From contig CM119271.1 of NCBI GenBank assembly GCA_051294375.1, positions 7,934,763-7,997,918 on the forward strand: 63,156 nt of DNA, read 5' to 3'. The translations under genes were made by a program, and so were the position numbers. The stretch is from Paraspadella gotoi. Its lineage: Eukaryota; Animalia; Chaetognatha. Positions 49,581 to 63,156 of the stretch are shown piece by piece (position 1 is the stretch's first letter; each line of letters starts with the position of its first letter). The notes under the pieces were generated by a model. That model did not search any database and had not been told where the DNA came from. It was given only the letters and a program-made list of their open reading frames with translations.

Positions 49581-51255
49581 GTCGCTGGAATCTGATCTAA
49601 GTAAATGAAATTAAGGTTTATAGGATTTTTTTTGTCATTAATTTCTCGAATTACTCTCTTTCTCTCAGCTCCACTCACTCTCTCTCTCTCCATCCCTCTC
49701 CATCACAAAGAGAGCGAGTGACATCATTTAGTTAAATATCCTCCCCCCTCTCTCTAATCTGTTTCAAACTGTTCCCGTTGAACATTCTTACAGGCTTTAA
49801 GAAAGGACACATCATATTCCGTTTCCTCTCGTCTCTCTCTCTCTCTCTCTCGTCTCTCTCCCTCTCTCTTCTCTCTCTCTCTCCCTCTCTCGGGGTCTCT
49901 CTGGCTCTCTTCAAGCTGCGATTAAAAAAGACTGTAAAAACGGAAGAGAGGACCCTTGGGGTTTTCTAGTGAGTCTAAAGAGAAAGGTTTAAAGACAAAT
50001 AATCGAGTTGACAAAGACGGCGTAGGGACCAAGAGAACGGGACCAAGAGGAGGACAAAGAGAGCAAAGAGACAAATACAGTCGTCGAGGGACAAAAAGAG
50101 ATGACAAAGAAACAAAGAGACAAATATAGTCGACGAGGGGACCAAAGAGAGGGACAAGAGGATGAAAAGAGACAAAGACAGCTAAATACAAATTAGATAA
50201 ATTTTTAAGCACATAGTTCTGTTCAAGTTTACAAAAATACAACAATACATTATTACAAATACATTAACTATCAATCTCATTCTCACGTACTCCTCTTTTT
50301 TCTTTGTTCCCAAGAGGCGGGTAAGTTCCGAACAAAGTTCGCTAACTCTCGAAAAGACTTTTCTCTTCTTTCTCTACTTCAAACGATTGATGGAATCTTT
50401 CCCGAATCTCGACGGGGAAGAAACAATTCACGGTTCAAGTCTGAGAACGTCACGTGATTTTTTACCTTTTTATGGTAATATGTTTTTCGCCAACGGACGA
50501 CCAATGAAGACGGCATCGATCGACAACCAACGACGGCAGCGACATCAGAAGACGACCAAGCGCACGACCAACGACAACGACAAACGAGCAGCTTTGCGTT
50601 GTTTGTTCCCCAAAAAATTCCCAATCATCCGACGGTAATCGAAGGCTTTAAGCATCTTCTTTCTCCTGGTCCGCAGGATCCTAGCCCCGGCTCCTCTCTC
50701 TCTCTCTTCTCTCTCTCTCTCCCACAAAAGTTAATAAAGGAGATGTTGAAGAAACAAGAATTCATTAACGCGACGTCTTCTTCGTTCTTGGCGTCGGTGT
50801 CCGTTGTTGTTGTCGTTGTGGTTGTCCGTTGTTGTTGTCATGAAGCATTTTTCTTGTTCGCTGCGGAATCAAACTCGACAACTCGACTCCAATGACACAA
50901 AGTTTCTCTGGCGCGTTTCATCGTTTTTACTGCATAATATTTTTTTTCTAATTTGTAAAAGATAGAAGATAATGATGATTTCTAAAAGATACGTAACAAA
51001 TGTCGATGGATGGTTGGTTCCAAAATATTACAAAAAAACTAAAAACGAAAAACAATAACAAGATGATAATAAAACAATAGATGAAGAGGCGTATATTCGT
51101 GTTGATTAACCGTGCAAAAAAAACTTGTTTACATTTGAGTTCGGTATTCGAATGCTCGCAATATGCCAATCCTCAATAAACTATCTGCAATGTGCCACTA
51201 CCAGCGATCGTCGACTTTAATTTGCAACTAAATAAGAAGAAACCATTACTTCTCT

Positions 51256-51332
<77 letters not shown>

Positions 51333-53230
51333 CCGACCGCCGTCTTCCCCTATTATCCTCCGTTTTTTGTTGATCTCATCAAAAAATTCGAATTTTCTAT
51401 CGAAAAACAAAATAAAAGATGAATAATTTAAAAGAATGAAAGAATAAAAATGGACGTAAAAAGTAAAAAAAAGAAATGTTGTCGCCGCCAAAATTTTTTC
51501 TTTCCTATTTATCTCATCGTCTTCGTTATTTTCTTCCCGTCGAACGAAAAAGAAGAAAAAAAAAGGAAGTTGTCTTCGTTGTAGTCCGTCATCGTTGTCG
51601 TCGTCTCGTTGTCGTCAATCGTTCTCCGTTGCCCGTGCCGTATTTGTCATCGGTTGTTGTCGACTTCGTCGTTGTCTTCATCTTAGTCGTTGTCTTTGTC
51701 ATTGTATTCGAGTTCTTCGTTTCTCTACGCCGTCAGCTTCTTTGTCGTGGAATCGTTATCGTCGTCGTCTTTGTCTTCATCTTCCATCTTATCTTCGTCG
51801 TCTTATGAAGTTGAGGTCTTCGTTGGCTTTGTTTTTCTTCGTTCTCCTCTGTTGACTTGACTTGGACTGCTTGATACTTGACTTGACTGACTGACCTTGA
51901 CTTGATGTACTTGACCACTTGCAGGTCCGCTCTTCCGTCGCTCCGTCTTCCGTACTCGCGTTGTTCCTTACTTACATTCTCGTCTTCGTAGTGCTCTGGC
52001 AGTTTCTTCGTCTCCTTTGACTGACTCTTGATCGCTGACTTCTGTTCGATACGACCATGCTACTATCGCTTATTCAGTGAAGGTGCTACTGTACTCTCGC
52101 CGTGTCCTTTTGTTTTATTCTGTTCCTTTTTTTTTTATTCTTGTATCGTCGTTCGGTCGTTAGATGCGCGTTGGTCTTTCTTTTCGTTTCTCTGTTTTCA
52201 GGAGGTCTTCATTGTCTTTGTCTTCTCGTTATCATTCATCATCTCATTACTGTTTCTGTCCTCGTGCTGTCGTCAATCTCGTCTTGCATCTTGTTGGTCT
52301 TCAGATGTTCGAGGTCTTGCATTGTCTTTGTCTTCTTCGTTATCATCGGCAATATCAATTGTCGACATCCTCATCGCCATTACTGTTCTCTGTCCTGGTC
52401 ATTCTGGTGCGTCATCTTCGTCTTCGTCTTTGCTCATTTTCAAAGTCAGTTCTTGTCTTGCTGCGTTATCAATCGTCGTTATCGTCGTCTATCTCGTCGA
52501 CATCCTCATACGTCGTTAACTGGTCTCCGTCTCTGTCGTCGTCGTCGTCGTCTTCATCATCTTTTCTCAAATGCGCAATGTTTTTTTCTCATGGTAATGA
52601 TGGAAGAAGTACGTATTTCATTTTGGATGTAATGTTATTGTGCGGTAAAAAGTTAGAAGTTGTTTCAGTCGTGGGCAGCAGGTTTTTGTTTGTTGTTGTA
52701 GTGTGTTTTTTTTTGTGGTTAGATTGCATAATGGCAGTTTTGATGGCGGAGCGGAGTGCGTTTATTAATGATGTATGTACTTTAAAAAAAAATGTTATAA
52801 TAGCCAACACCGAAATTATCATTGAGGAAATTGTTACTACGCTCCTTTCAAACCCGTCGCAAAAACTTGACATTATATTATTTTAATATTATTTTTTGGA
52901 TTGTTATAAAAACTTTTTCCACCTTGAAAACAACGAGAAGACAATGGAACGAATGATAATATTTTAGTATACTGAGATGAAAAAACACAACTGTCATGAC
53001 AAAGCAGACGACGACAATGATGACGAAGATGACAACGACGACGAAAGATGACAGTCAACGACGAAAACCAAATCCATTTTACGACATGAGATTCTCATTG
53101 AGAATTCATAATTTTTTTTCCCCCGTCAAGGTTGTTGCGCTTTATAACTGTCTTTCCTCTTTTACAAAATCTTGCGTCGAAAACTCCTCTTATTTTCGCA
53201 GTCGCTGAAGCATCTGCTAACGTATATTCT

Positions 53231-53267
<37 letters not shown>

Positions 53268-53392
53268 TCTCCTCTTCTTCTTCCTCAAATGAGTTCTCCA
53301 ATTTTCCAGGAAAGTTGAGGAGACGAGCAAATGTTGAGAACTGGTCTTTCTTTGTTTTCGCTTTCAATTATGAACTTTAATTATAAAGCCTC

Positions 53393-53487
<95 letters not shown>

Positions 53488-54190
53488 TAGCAATGGGCTC
53501 ATATTCTCTTCACTCTGCCCCACCGTCGTAATGGGAATCTAGGATTTCTTTTTGGAAGTTGAAGCTTTCATTTCCCCCGAAACCTCTGGGTTCTTTAGTA
53601 TGGACTTTCCACTCCTCCTCCTCCTCCTCCTCCTCCTCCTTTTCTTCCTCACTTCTCTCTCGTTCCCCCCCTTATGTCACCCCCTCTTCCCCCCGGGATG
53701 TGACATCAGACCAAAATTTTATGATATTTCCCGCCTCTTTATTGTCAGACGTGTTGTGTGTGAAAAACCGCCAACGTTGCCATAACAGAACAGGCCATGT
53801 TTTTCGTCTCGCGCCCCCATATAAGAAGAGAAGAAGAAGAGAGGGGCAGAGAGAGAGAGAGAGATGACAAGAGAGAGATGAGAGAGAGAGACAGTAAACG
53901 GGAAGTCGATGTTTTATCCGGATAATGTTTCTTTCGAGATAATGTTTTTTATACGGCCTTATTTATTGTCCGCCGCTTCTCGCCTTAAATCGATCCGGCG
54001 GCAATTTAAAGGCTTCCCTCTCGCTGCACCGGGGGAAGGTAAAAAGTCGAGAACTTGAAAAATTCGAAAAATAACTGTTTTGGCGGGTGAATGGGGCGAG
54101 TGAGTTGAAAAATGACGAGGAAGCGTTCAAATGTTTTAAGCTTTTCACGTTTTAAATTGTAGCGTGTGAAGAAATATTATTAACCACTTC

Positions 54191-54392
54191 ATTGATAGGG
54201 AAGCCAGGTATTTTGGGAGTGAATAAACGAGACTGTGAGAGAGTCTTGATTGAAAGCTTGCAGCGGACCTGCTATGTCAGTTTTCTTGTAAGAAGTGATG
54301 GAGGCCTTAAACCACCAAAGCCTGTCCAAAGTCCGGGTCAAGATAGTATATTTATTAAATGAATGAATAATTTTTATATTGGTTGTACCAAT
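54191..54392 (-). mobile_element. Copy of repeat family 2 (within tandem duplicate B)
   Basis: Same sequence as 47282..47480 with a few indels. Confidence 0.7.
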
Positions 54393-55835
54393 CTAACATA
54401 ATGGATGTTGCAACGTCATTGGCTCCACTTTTCTTTCTCCAGGTGACCTTTTCATTTTCGTACTTTGTTCTTGTCCAGTGTCAAATTTTGAGTTATGTTT
54501 AGAGCGTAAGACCTCTTTTTGTCACCCATCAGGGACAAGAATAGCTTAATTAATTGATATGAATGAGTAATTATTATATTGGTGGCCAATGGTGGGTACC
54601 CGTATTAAAAGCCATTTCGTGATATCGTGATATTTACGGAATCCCAAATTCATTTTCTTATTGCCTTCATCCACCGACCATCTTCTCCCCCGATGAGAAT
54701 CCCCACCCAAGAACCCCGTATCCTCTCCCCCACCCCACCCCCCATCTCCTCCATCTCCACCACTCATGCACATCTCCCCCCCCCCACGCCCCCGCCCACT
54801 GAATCCCCATCTTTTCGCCATCCAAATAATAAAATAAAATAAAAATATCGTCGTCTTCTGGTTTTTTTGCTTCCACCAAATCTTTGTTTTTTTTTCGCCA
54901 CATGACTTTCTCAGTCCTCCTTCATTTGTCGTTGTCTAGTCTTTTCTTTTCTTTTCTTTTCTTTTCTTTCTTTTTCTTTTCTTTCTTCTTCTTTTCTTTT
55001 TCTTTTCTTTTCTTTTCTTTTTCTTTTCATTTTTTTTCTTTTCTCTTTCTTTTCTTTTCTTTTCTTTTCTCTTCTTTCTTTTCTTTTCATTTTTTTTCTT
55101 TTCTTTTTTTCATTTTTTTTCTTCTTCTTTTCTTTCGCTTTTCATTTTTTTTTCTTTCTCTATTTGCTCTTTTACTGTTTCTTTCTTCTGTTTCTTTTCT
55201 TCCTTACTTTTTCTTTTCATTTTCTTTACAATTTTTTTTCGTTCCTCTTTCCTTATTTTCAGAAATTCTTTTCTTCTAATCCAGATCTCTTATATACAAT
55301 AATACATTCCCTCAACAACCCCTCCCCCCCTCACCACCGCTCATATTCTCCTCCTCCCATAGATCTCTTCTCTCTCTCTCTCATTCTCTCTCTCTCTCTC
55401 ACCCTTCTCTCTTCTCTCTCCTCTCTCCCTGCTCTTTTCTCGTATCCGATTCCAATAAACCAATANNNNNNNNNNNNNNNNNNNNNNNNNCCCATGGCTC
55501 CAATTTTCATTGCTTTTCCGACTCGCCTCTCTGTCTCTGTCTATTCTCGGTTTTACTGTCCCTCATTTTTTTCTGTCTGTCTGTCTGTCTGTTGGTCTGT
55601 CCGTTTAACGCCTTTTCTGTCGGATTGACGATCGAATTGCAAATGAGTTTTGACGGTTGCAGTGTTAAATTAATTCTGTTTTAATATTTTCATAAAAAAA
55701 TGCCGATTTCTGGGAAAATTTAAGTGAACTAAAATATTGTATCAAACACGTAACACATTTTTCCCTTATTTTCAATTCATTCTATTTCCGTAACGGTTCA
55801 CCTCTCTCTCTAAACTTTTCAAACTGGCTCTCCCT

Positions 55836-55892
<57 letters not shown>

Positions 55893-56842
55893 ACTCCCTC
55901 CATTATCAAAAACGTCCTTCCGTGGAATTGTCATTCAATTTCGCCGTTTTAAATTCCACCAGGAGGGAAATTGAGGGAGAAGTTTGGGCGAAACCGAGTT
56001 TAGTGGTGAAATGGGATTGAAAATTGGGATTCGGGTTGGGGATGAAGCGCGTTAAGGAGCGAGGATCGGCGATGCAATTTCTAGATGTAGATTGCTTGAA
56101 AGATTTGAAAATTTCAGTATCGGAAGTTGTTGGAAAAAGAGTTTTTTTAAAAAGAGAAATCGGATAACATTAGATGATATTAGACATTAGATGTTATAGT
56201 AGCACGAGTGAACTTGTAATTTTGAATTACGTTAACGATACTGGATAGAACTGTTGACGTTGTTCTTGGAAATTTTGCAATCTTGGAATCTTGAATGGAA
56301 ACTCGGATGGCATCGGCGACGGAAGTCGAGAAAGAAATTCGCGATGGAATTGCAGATCATCTTCCCTCGTCGGCGCCGCGCCGGCGTTTGCGCTTGCGCA
56401 GTCCGGCTTGATGAAAACGCGCCTCGTTTAAAAAAAAAAAACTCATTTCTGTGGCAAGTCCCCGGAGCTAAGCCACAGCGTGACGAAGGGGGCTTGGCAA
56501 CTGAGTGTTGAAGTCCTAAGACTGGGATGCAAGAGAAGTCTGTCTCTTGAGGACGACGTCGCTGGGAAAGTGAAGCACTTGATTCTGATTCAATTGTTAA
56601 TCAATTGAAATCGAGTGAAACGATAGTTCTCATTGATTCTAATGAGTTTTTCTCCATGACTTTGTAATGTATTTATTACATTGGAGAATCAGTAATCATG
56701 TAATCATGTAATCATGTACTTAATATCATGACTTAAAATAAGACGGAATCACACAAAAAACTGACTCCCTCTCACACGCACTCAAAAAAAAAAAAAAAAA
56801 GGTCGTGGCGTGGCGCAGCGTCAAACGGAGCGAGAAAGAGAT

Positions 56843-56882
56843 GGCGCGAAAGCCGTTTGGCGGGAAAATCAGCCTTTGGCGC
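56843..56882. promoter_or_regulatory. E2F-type site cluster
   Basis: GGCGCGAAA 56843-56851, TTTGGCGGGAAA 56856-56867 and TTTGGCGC 56875-56882. An NRF1-like TGCGCTTGCGCA lies at 56389-56400. Confidence 0.35.
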
Positions 56883-58690
56883 TCGCGTCGGCTCCGTCTT
56901 GGCTTCCGAGGAGAAAAACACCTCATTACCATCCGCGCCTCATGCGTAATGCATGGCGTCTGCAGACGCCCAGAAACCCGGAAATTAGACTTTATTTTAT
57001 CCACCGGAGGATTTTCTTCTCATATCTCTAACATCTCTCTCTCTCTCTCTCTACTACTCTCTCTCTCTCTCTCTCTAACTCTCTCTCTCTCTACTCTCGT
57101 CTCTTTCTTCTGTCTCTCGCAGTTTACTTATTTTTATCATCCTCTATCATCATTACTCCTCATCCTCTCTATCTCTCGTCTGCGTCTCGTCTCTACTCTC
57201 TCATCTCTCTACTACTGCGTCTCTATTCTCACTTCCCACATCACCGTTATCAAATTAAAGCGCGATTACAAAGCACGGAAAAACTGACATCCGAAAAATT
57301 TTAAAGAAAAAAAAAAAAATTAATTAGATGAAAAATTCCGCTTTTAGGAATGGAATTTCGCGGAAGTGAGGAAAAGAAAAGAGCGGGAAGACGAAATGAA
57401 AGAACGTGACGGAGAGAAAAAGCAGAGAGATTACAGTCTTCGAAAGAGAAAAAGGGAAGATTTATCCAACCAAAGGGAGACAATAGAAACTTGGTAACGG
57501 GACGGAAATAAAGACGATGAAGAGAGACTAAAGGAGCGAGAGAAGAGAAGAGAAGAAAGAAAATGAGAAAAGCATGAGAAAATCGAGAGAGAGAAAAGAG
57601 AAAAGAAAGAAAGAATCTTGGAAAATCGATAGCACTGAAATTTTTTTCTTCCCCCTTCAATTCTTTCCCCAACAAGAAAATTGAGCAAAACACAATCTTT
57701 TTCTTGTTTTTTCTCTTTTGGCTTCGAAAATTCGTTGAGAATTTGATTGGAATAAAACGAGTACGACTTCGCCGAGAAAAAAAAAAAAAGATTTTGACGC
57801 TTTTATTCTCGAATTTGTAAAACTGTGGATTTGGCGAAGCGCGATTCAACTCTGTTACCACAGCGTCGCAGCGGCAGGAGCAGCCGAGCAGGTCGTCGAT
57901 TTGGCTTCTGGGGGGAGGACGACAGAAAGCAAGCACTTTGACTTTTTCCGAAAGGAGCGTATGGCAGCCAAGCACACAACGTCATTTATTTTCCTCCCAG
58001 AATTGCAACGGCCAAGAACGTCTCCGACCAAAACCAGACAAGCACACATCATAGTTTTTTTTTCAACAGCAGCCTCTGAAGCACTCCGGCTTTAATCATG
58101 GATTGAGAATTACGGCAGCCGATCAAACAACCTGGTTCGTTCGCAGCAGCAGCAAAGCACACCGGTACTGAGTCGCATAATTTAAATCGTGGGTTTGAGT
58201 CTTAGGGAGTGTGAAATATTATGCCTCGCCTCCTACATTTTAACCTTTTTTTCTCTCTCTCTCGTTTACTTTTTTGGTTCTATCTGGGTCGTATTCGACC
58301 TGTTGGTCTTATATCTTTGTTTGGTCAACTCAAAATTTACAAAGTTTTACTTTGGACTCGATTAAAACGTTTCGCTCATTCTGATTACAGTTTTACGGGA
58401 ATTTTTTTATATACTTGATTAATAAATATTTGGAAACCTTTTCGCGTCTTAATATTCATCAGAATTCGACTCGATATTCAGCAAAAGATTCAAGTATTCA
58501 TGTAGAAAAGATCCTTCGTCACTCTACAAGGAACGGGCGACGTCTCGAACGCGCGACTCCGCGGGCGTGAAGGAGAAACACCTTCACCGAGAGAGAGGGC
58601 CAGGTAGGCCCACGAAGATTACGAGGGGGCTTTGGAGTCTAGGGGCTCGTCGTATCTCTTAAGCCGTCTATGTTTTTTTGCTATGGAATA

Positions 58691-58755
58691 GTTATAACCA
58701 ATATATACAAATTATCCATTCCGACATATCTTGCCTCCTGACTTTGGACAGGGCA
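58691..58755 (+). mobile_element. Diverged terminal fragment of repeat family 2
   Basis: aaccaatata...aattatccattc...tatcttg..cctgactttggacagg matches 5117-5180. Confidence 0.55.
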
Positions 58756-59187
58756 GGATTAAGTCCAACGTCCCTCTAACAAGCAAGACCCTGTAAGCTT
58801 TTAATTAAATAAGTCTTTTTTCCTTAGTAAAGATTTCTAGAACTTTAAAACTTGTAACAAAAACAAACAATTTTTCACGAGAGTCATCCGCGGCACGAGT
58901 TCAAAAGGTTTTCTTTTTCATCAGATTTTTCGATTCGAGGCAAATTGGTGAAATATATATTTTTTTTTTCTTCTCCGAAATATCGATATCAGGGTGACGA
59001 CCTCGCACGGATGTATGTATAATTGTATATATAACACAAACTTTCATCCTATAGTTTTTACAGAAGCTTTTCATCCAATAAAAATAGAGGGGCTTGACTT
59101 TCTCGAGTAGATTCGTATTTTTTTGGCGAACAAACTGAAACATGTGAATGACTCTTATCGTGGAGCTAAGGGAAGAAAGATGAGAGG

Positions 59188-59241
59188 GAATGAATGAATG
59201 AATGAATGAATGAATGAATGAATGAATGAATGAATGAATGA
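59188..59241 (+). repeat. (GAAT)n microsatellite
   Basis: Perfect tetranucleotide run. Confidence 0.9.
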
Positions 59242-62200
59242 CTCATATCGTAGAGTAAAGTGAAGAAGGACGAGAGGGAATGATCGGGTAGGTATCGTGG
59301 GTAAGTCCTCGGGTGGGATTGTCTTCTCTACACGCAATCATAATTGGAGCAAAAAGTGTTAGTTTTTCTGTTTTAAACTTTTAATTTTTTAATTTATCTT
59401 TCAATTGCTTAAAATTTTTATTTCAGGTGTTGCTTTACAAATATGTCCTTGAAAGAAACTGCTATATTTTGACAAAAAGTGCAACTTAACTTGGAAAGGC
59501 ATAAAAAAATTTATTTGACAAGAGATGTATAAATATATAAAATGCTTTATACATAAAACCGATAGACTTTTAAATCGTAAAAAAAACATTTCTTTAATTT
59601 AGTTTATTAGTAATAACTAATAAGAAATGAAAATTCCGCCTCACATTAAATCCGCACATCGGACCATTTTTTAGAGATGAGATCTTATCAGATGAAATAA
59701 TTAACGAAGTCCATTCATTTGTCTTCCCGCCACGCCCACGAAAGAAAAACCCCATAATTCCGCCATTTTCTTCTTTTTATAAGTTGGGCTTCCGACGACG
59801 GTCGATACCTCGGGGCATCGAACTGTCTCCTGGGGGAAAATGAATTAGTCAAGTGTCAAGGGCGTCCGCTGANNNNNNNNNNNNNNNNNNNNNNNNNAAA
59901 ACGAAGAGAGATTTTTCAAACACTTACTTATAAAGGTCCACCTCTCGAAAAAAAAATCTTCTGTCCACCACGTCCTTGTATCAGAAGCGAAAAAAAAAGA
60001 AACAAGCGTGAAATATTTTTTTTCGATATCAACAGAACCATTTCATCTCTCTCTCTCTCCTCTCTTCCTCCTCTCTTCTCCTCTCTCTCTCCGTCTCCGC
60101 TCATCTCTCCTCTCTCTCCATGGGGAGTCAGAAAGATTTTTTTTCCGAGAGGTGGATTTATAAGTAAGTTTGAAAAGTTAGGGTAAGGAAAAGGGATAAG
60201 AGAATTGGAAAATAAGGAAAGGAGAAATATTGAAAGGGAATGTTGAGTTGGGAAATTCGGCATAAAAGGAAATAGTATAACTCGAATGGCTTTGGCTTTG
60301 ATTGTATAAATTGACGAAAGATTGCGTCGTTTTGACGCGAAGTAGGACTTTTTACGCCTCGATCAGGATTCTGAATAAAAGGAATCTGGAATGAAATATT
60401 CTAAAAGGTGTCGGCGAGATTCGTTAGCGACAATCGTGGGCGCGGCGCTTGGAACGACGCGCCGGAATCCGGAGCGTCTGAGATGTGGATTCGTAGTAGG
60501 ATAAAATGGATCGTGGGCGGGATAATGGGTTAGTGAGGGTGGGATAGTTTGCCGAAGAGTGGCATAGATTGTTGACAGAACAAGAAAAAGTTAAAAAAAA
60601 ACATAAAAACATAAAAAAGGGAATTGAATTTGTTAAAAAAAAAAAAAAAAAACGCTCGCTTTCTTCTTCCGAATGTTTTACCTAATTTATTTAATATTTT
60701 TATCTCTCAATTTATTTTCTCTTCCCTCTTCCTTTCCTCTCCATTTTAATCTTTCTTCTTTTTTTTATATTTTTCGCCGCGGAGTTTTCCCCTACTTTAC
60801 TCTCGCTCTCAGGATGAGAGAGAGAAGAGGAGAGAGAGAGAGAGGGAGAGGAGAAGGAGAGAGAGAGAGAGAGAGAGAGGTGCCGCCGCTAGATTCCATT
60901 CCCAACGAAATCGACCGCAAAATTATCCCATTAACTTTTTTAGATTCTGAGTTTCGAGTCTTCGCCTGTTTGAGTTTTTTGATGCCATTTCAGTTGGTGA
61001 TCTGTTGCATTGTGCTCCAAGATGTTTGCAAATTTGAGTTCATAATTAGGCTTTTCTTGGATTTAATAAATTGATTTTTACATTAAGTTCTTCCTGTGAA
61101 AATTAAGCTGTTCTATGAACAAAATAAAAATCCGGTAAGCTAATGAAATTTCGGAAGCTGTTTATAATTTTTTTTCTCGCTACATTGAGCTTCGTTTAGT
61201 TCGTTAATCAGATACTATGCAAATGTTTGAGAAGACTATATACGATCTTAATGTATTTTTCTTTCGAACCCCGTACTTATTGAGCTTTATGTATAACCTG
61301 AAAACGTACTTATTCGAATCAATCCAATCCGTAAACCATGTACAGTTGTACACTGTACATTCACACTGCCTTTTCCCCGTCCCCGTCTACTCTGACTCAA
61401 AAAGGCGAGAAAGAGAGAGAGAGAGNNNNNNNNNNCGTAGTCGACAATTTCGCTGCCTTTATTGTCGAGTCTCGGACCATTTTTTCCGTCGCGCGGACCG
61501 ACCGGGGTTTCAGGGGGAGAGGGGGAGATGTTATGTGGGTCAGAGGAATGGGGGGGGAAGTGCTTTTTTGGGTCAGTCCTGGACGAAGGAAAAAGGAGGC
61601 CCGGGACGATTCTATGGTCCGCGAGGGAAAAGTTAAATTTCTTGAAAAGTGGGACGAAACGACGACGAAGTTGGGCCCTAGATACTCTGCGGGTAAGTGG
61701 AAAAGGACAAGGAAGAGATGGAGCGAAGAAGTAGGTTACGGAAAGTTAAAAATGGGTCGAATGAGGTGAGTTAAAAGGGTTCGTTTCGTCATATTTATTG
61801 ATTTCCTAAGAGAGACAAAAGAAAAGAGGTAGAGCTTAGCTGTGGTGAGCTGTGAATTGAATTAAGGGGAGAACTTTTGCTCGGTTGACTGAGAGACAGA
61901 GACAGAGAGACACGTTGAAAAAAAAAAAGAANNNNNNNNNNNNNNNNNNNNNNNNNNNNNNNNNNNNNNNNNNNNNNNNNNNNNNNNNNNNNNNNNNNNN
62001 NNNNNNNNNNNNNNNNNNNNNNNNNNNNNNNNNNNNNNNNNNNNNNNNNNNNNNNNNNNNNNNNNNNNNNNNNNNNNNNNNNNNNNNNNNNNNNNNNNNN
62101 NNNNNNNNNNNNNNNNNNNNNNNNNNNNNNNNNNNNNNNNNNNNNNNNNNNNNNNNNNNNNNNNNNNNNNNNNNNNNNNNNNNNNNNNNNNNNNNNNNAA

Positions 62201-62594
62201 ATAATGGAGAGCGGAATCAAGAATGTGATAAGTAAGAAAAATAGATATTGGTAAAAAAAAAATCAAATGATCAAATCAATGACGGAGAAAGGAGGAAAGT
62301 AAAACATAATTCGAAACGACCAGATTCAAGATTCCACGCAGAATTTTTATAAAAGTAAAAAAAAAAAAGCAAAGTTAAAAGCAGGATAATGAAAAAAATA
62401 AAAATAAAACTACCAAAAAATCCCACCTCTGGCAACGTCCACCTTCAGAAAAAAAACCTCCAAAAAAAAAAAAAAAAGAGAGAGATGAGAGAGAGAGACG
62501 AGAGAGAGAGAGAGAATATACTGTGGAGCAATAAGTTTCGGTCGGGTCTTCAAAAAGTCTCCTTTTGGCCATCTGTAACGCAAGATTAAAGGGC

Positions 62595-62950
62595 GAAACG
62601 GAACGAACGAACGAAGAGAACGAGAGAACGAACGAACGTAACGAACGAACGAACGAACGGGAAACCGAAACGGGAATCTAAACTTTAGCTCGGAGGAAGG
62701 AGGCAAACGAATGAAAAAAAGCAGAACGAAAACAAAAAACAAAAGAAAGGAAAAAACCGAAAGAAATGGAAAAAGGAACGAACGGAACAAACGAACGAAC
62801 GAACGAAAGAGCGAACAAGCGAGGAAGCGAAAGAAGAAGAACGAACAGCGATGCGAACGAAAGACGAACGAACGAAGCGAACGAACGAACGAACGAGACG
62901 AACGAACAACGAAAGAAGAACGAACGAACGAACGGCACGAACGAACGAGA
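62595..62950 (+). repeat. Degenerate (GAAC)n microsatellite region
   Basis: Repeated GAAC/GAACGA units. It explains the spurious RSFV/ERTN ORFs. Confidence 0.85.
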
Positions 62951-63084
62951 GGAGGAACAATGAAGCGGAGGGCTAAGGTTGAATGAGCTTTTGGTATGAA
63001 GCACGAAGTTAATGATTATGTTGGTCATACGGAATCAGGTGGTCGGTCGGCGGGACCGAATGGAGGTGCACAGAGAGTAGAGAG

Positions 63085-63115
<31 letters not shown>

Positions 63116-63156
63116 AGAGCGAGAGGAAGAGAGAGAGGAGAGAGAGAGAGAGAGAG

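Noticed and set aside
56437-56497. A-AAA-AAC slippery heptamer, 6-nt spacer and possible pseudoknot (CTGTGGC/GCCACAG with AAGTCCCC/GGGGGCTT)
   Set aside because: The -1 frame reaches TAA after about 10 codons, the host ORF looks non-coding and the pseudoknot geometry is atypical.
57301-58095. 224-aa minus ORF and neighbouring short ORFs
   Set aside because: Largely translation of purine-rich low-complexity DNA, with no recognisable domain or convincing splice structure.

Overview
Eukaryotic, most likely invertebrate animal, genomic scaffold (inference). It is AT-rich, full of (GA)n and (GAC/GAT)n microsatellites and contains many N gaps. I found no prokaryotic features, CRISPR array or rRNA. 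Two protein-coding genes are well supported. (1) A two-exon EamA/DMT-superfamily (SLC35G-like) transporter on the minus strand, join(3204..3503,1897..2526), 309 aa. (2) An intronless 759-aa multi-pass membrane protein (15722..18001, +) whose N-terminal part carries XK-related scramblase motifs. The region around the XK-like gene recurs four times: forward, inverted, forward and partial forward (15225..38142). A second block of about 6.5-6.9 kb is tandemly duplicated (41285..54690). The extra XK-region copies are full of 1-nt indels and carry 25-N gaps, so most of this redundancy is probably long-read gap-filling artefact. Copies 2-4 do share substitutions against copy 1. Dispersed repeats include a ~360-bp HINE/DINE-1-like element and a 199-bp MITE-like element. 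The most interesting non-genic object is a GC-rich 383-bp unit in tandem (6042..6707). It combines a tRNA-like Pol III head, a twister/RTE-5'UTR-like hairpin and a long rod hairpin, so it is a candidate SINE/retrozyme-like RNA element. Almost all other ORFs in the track are microsatellite or N-gap artefacts.
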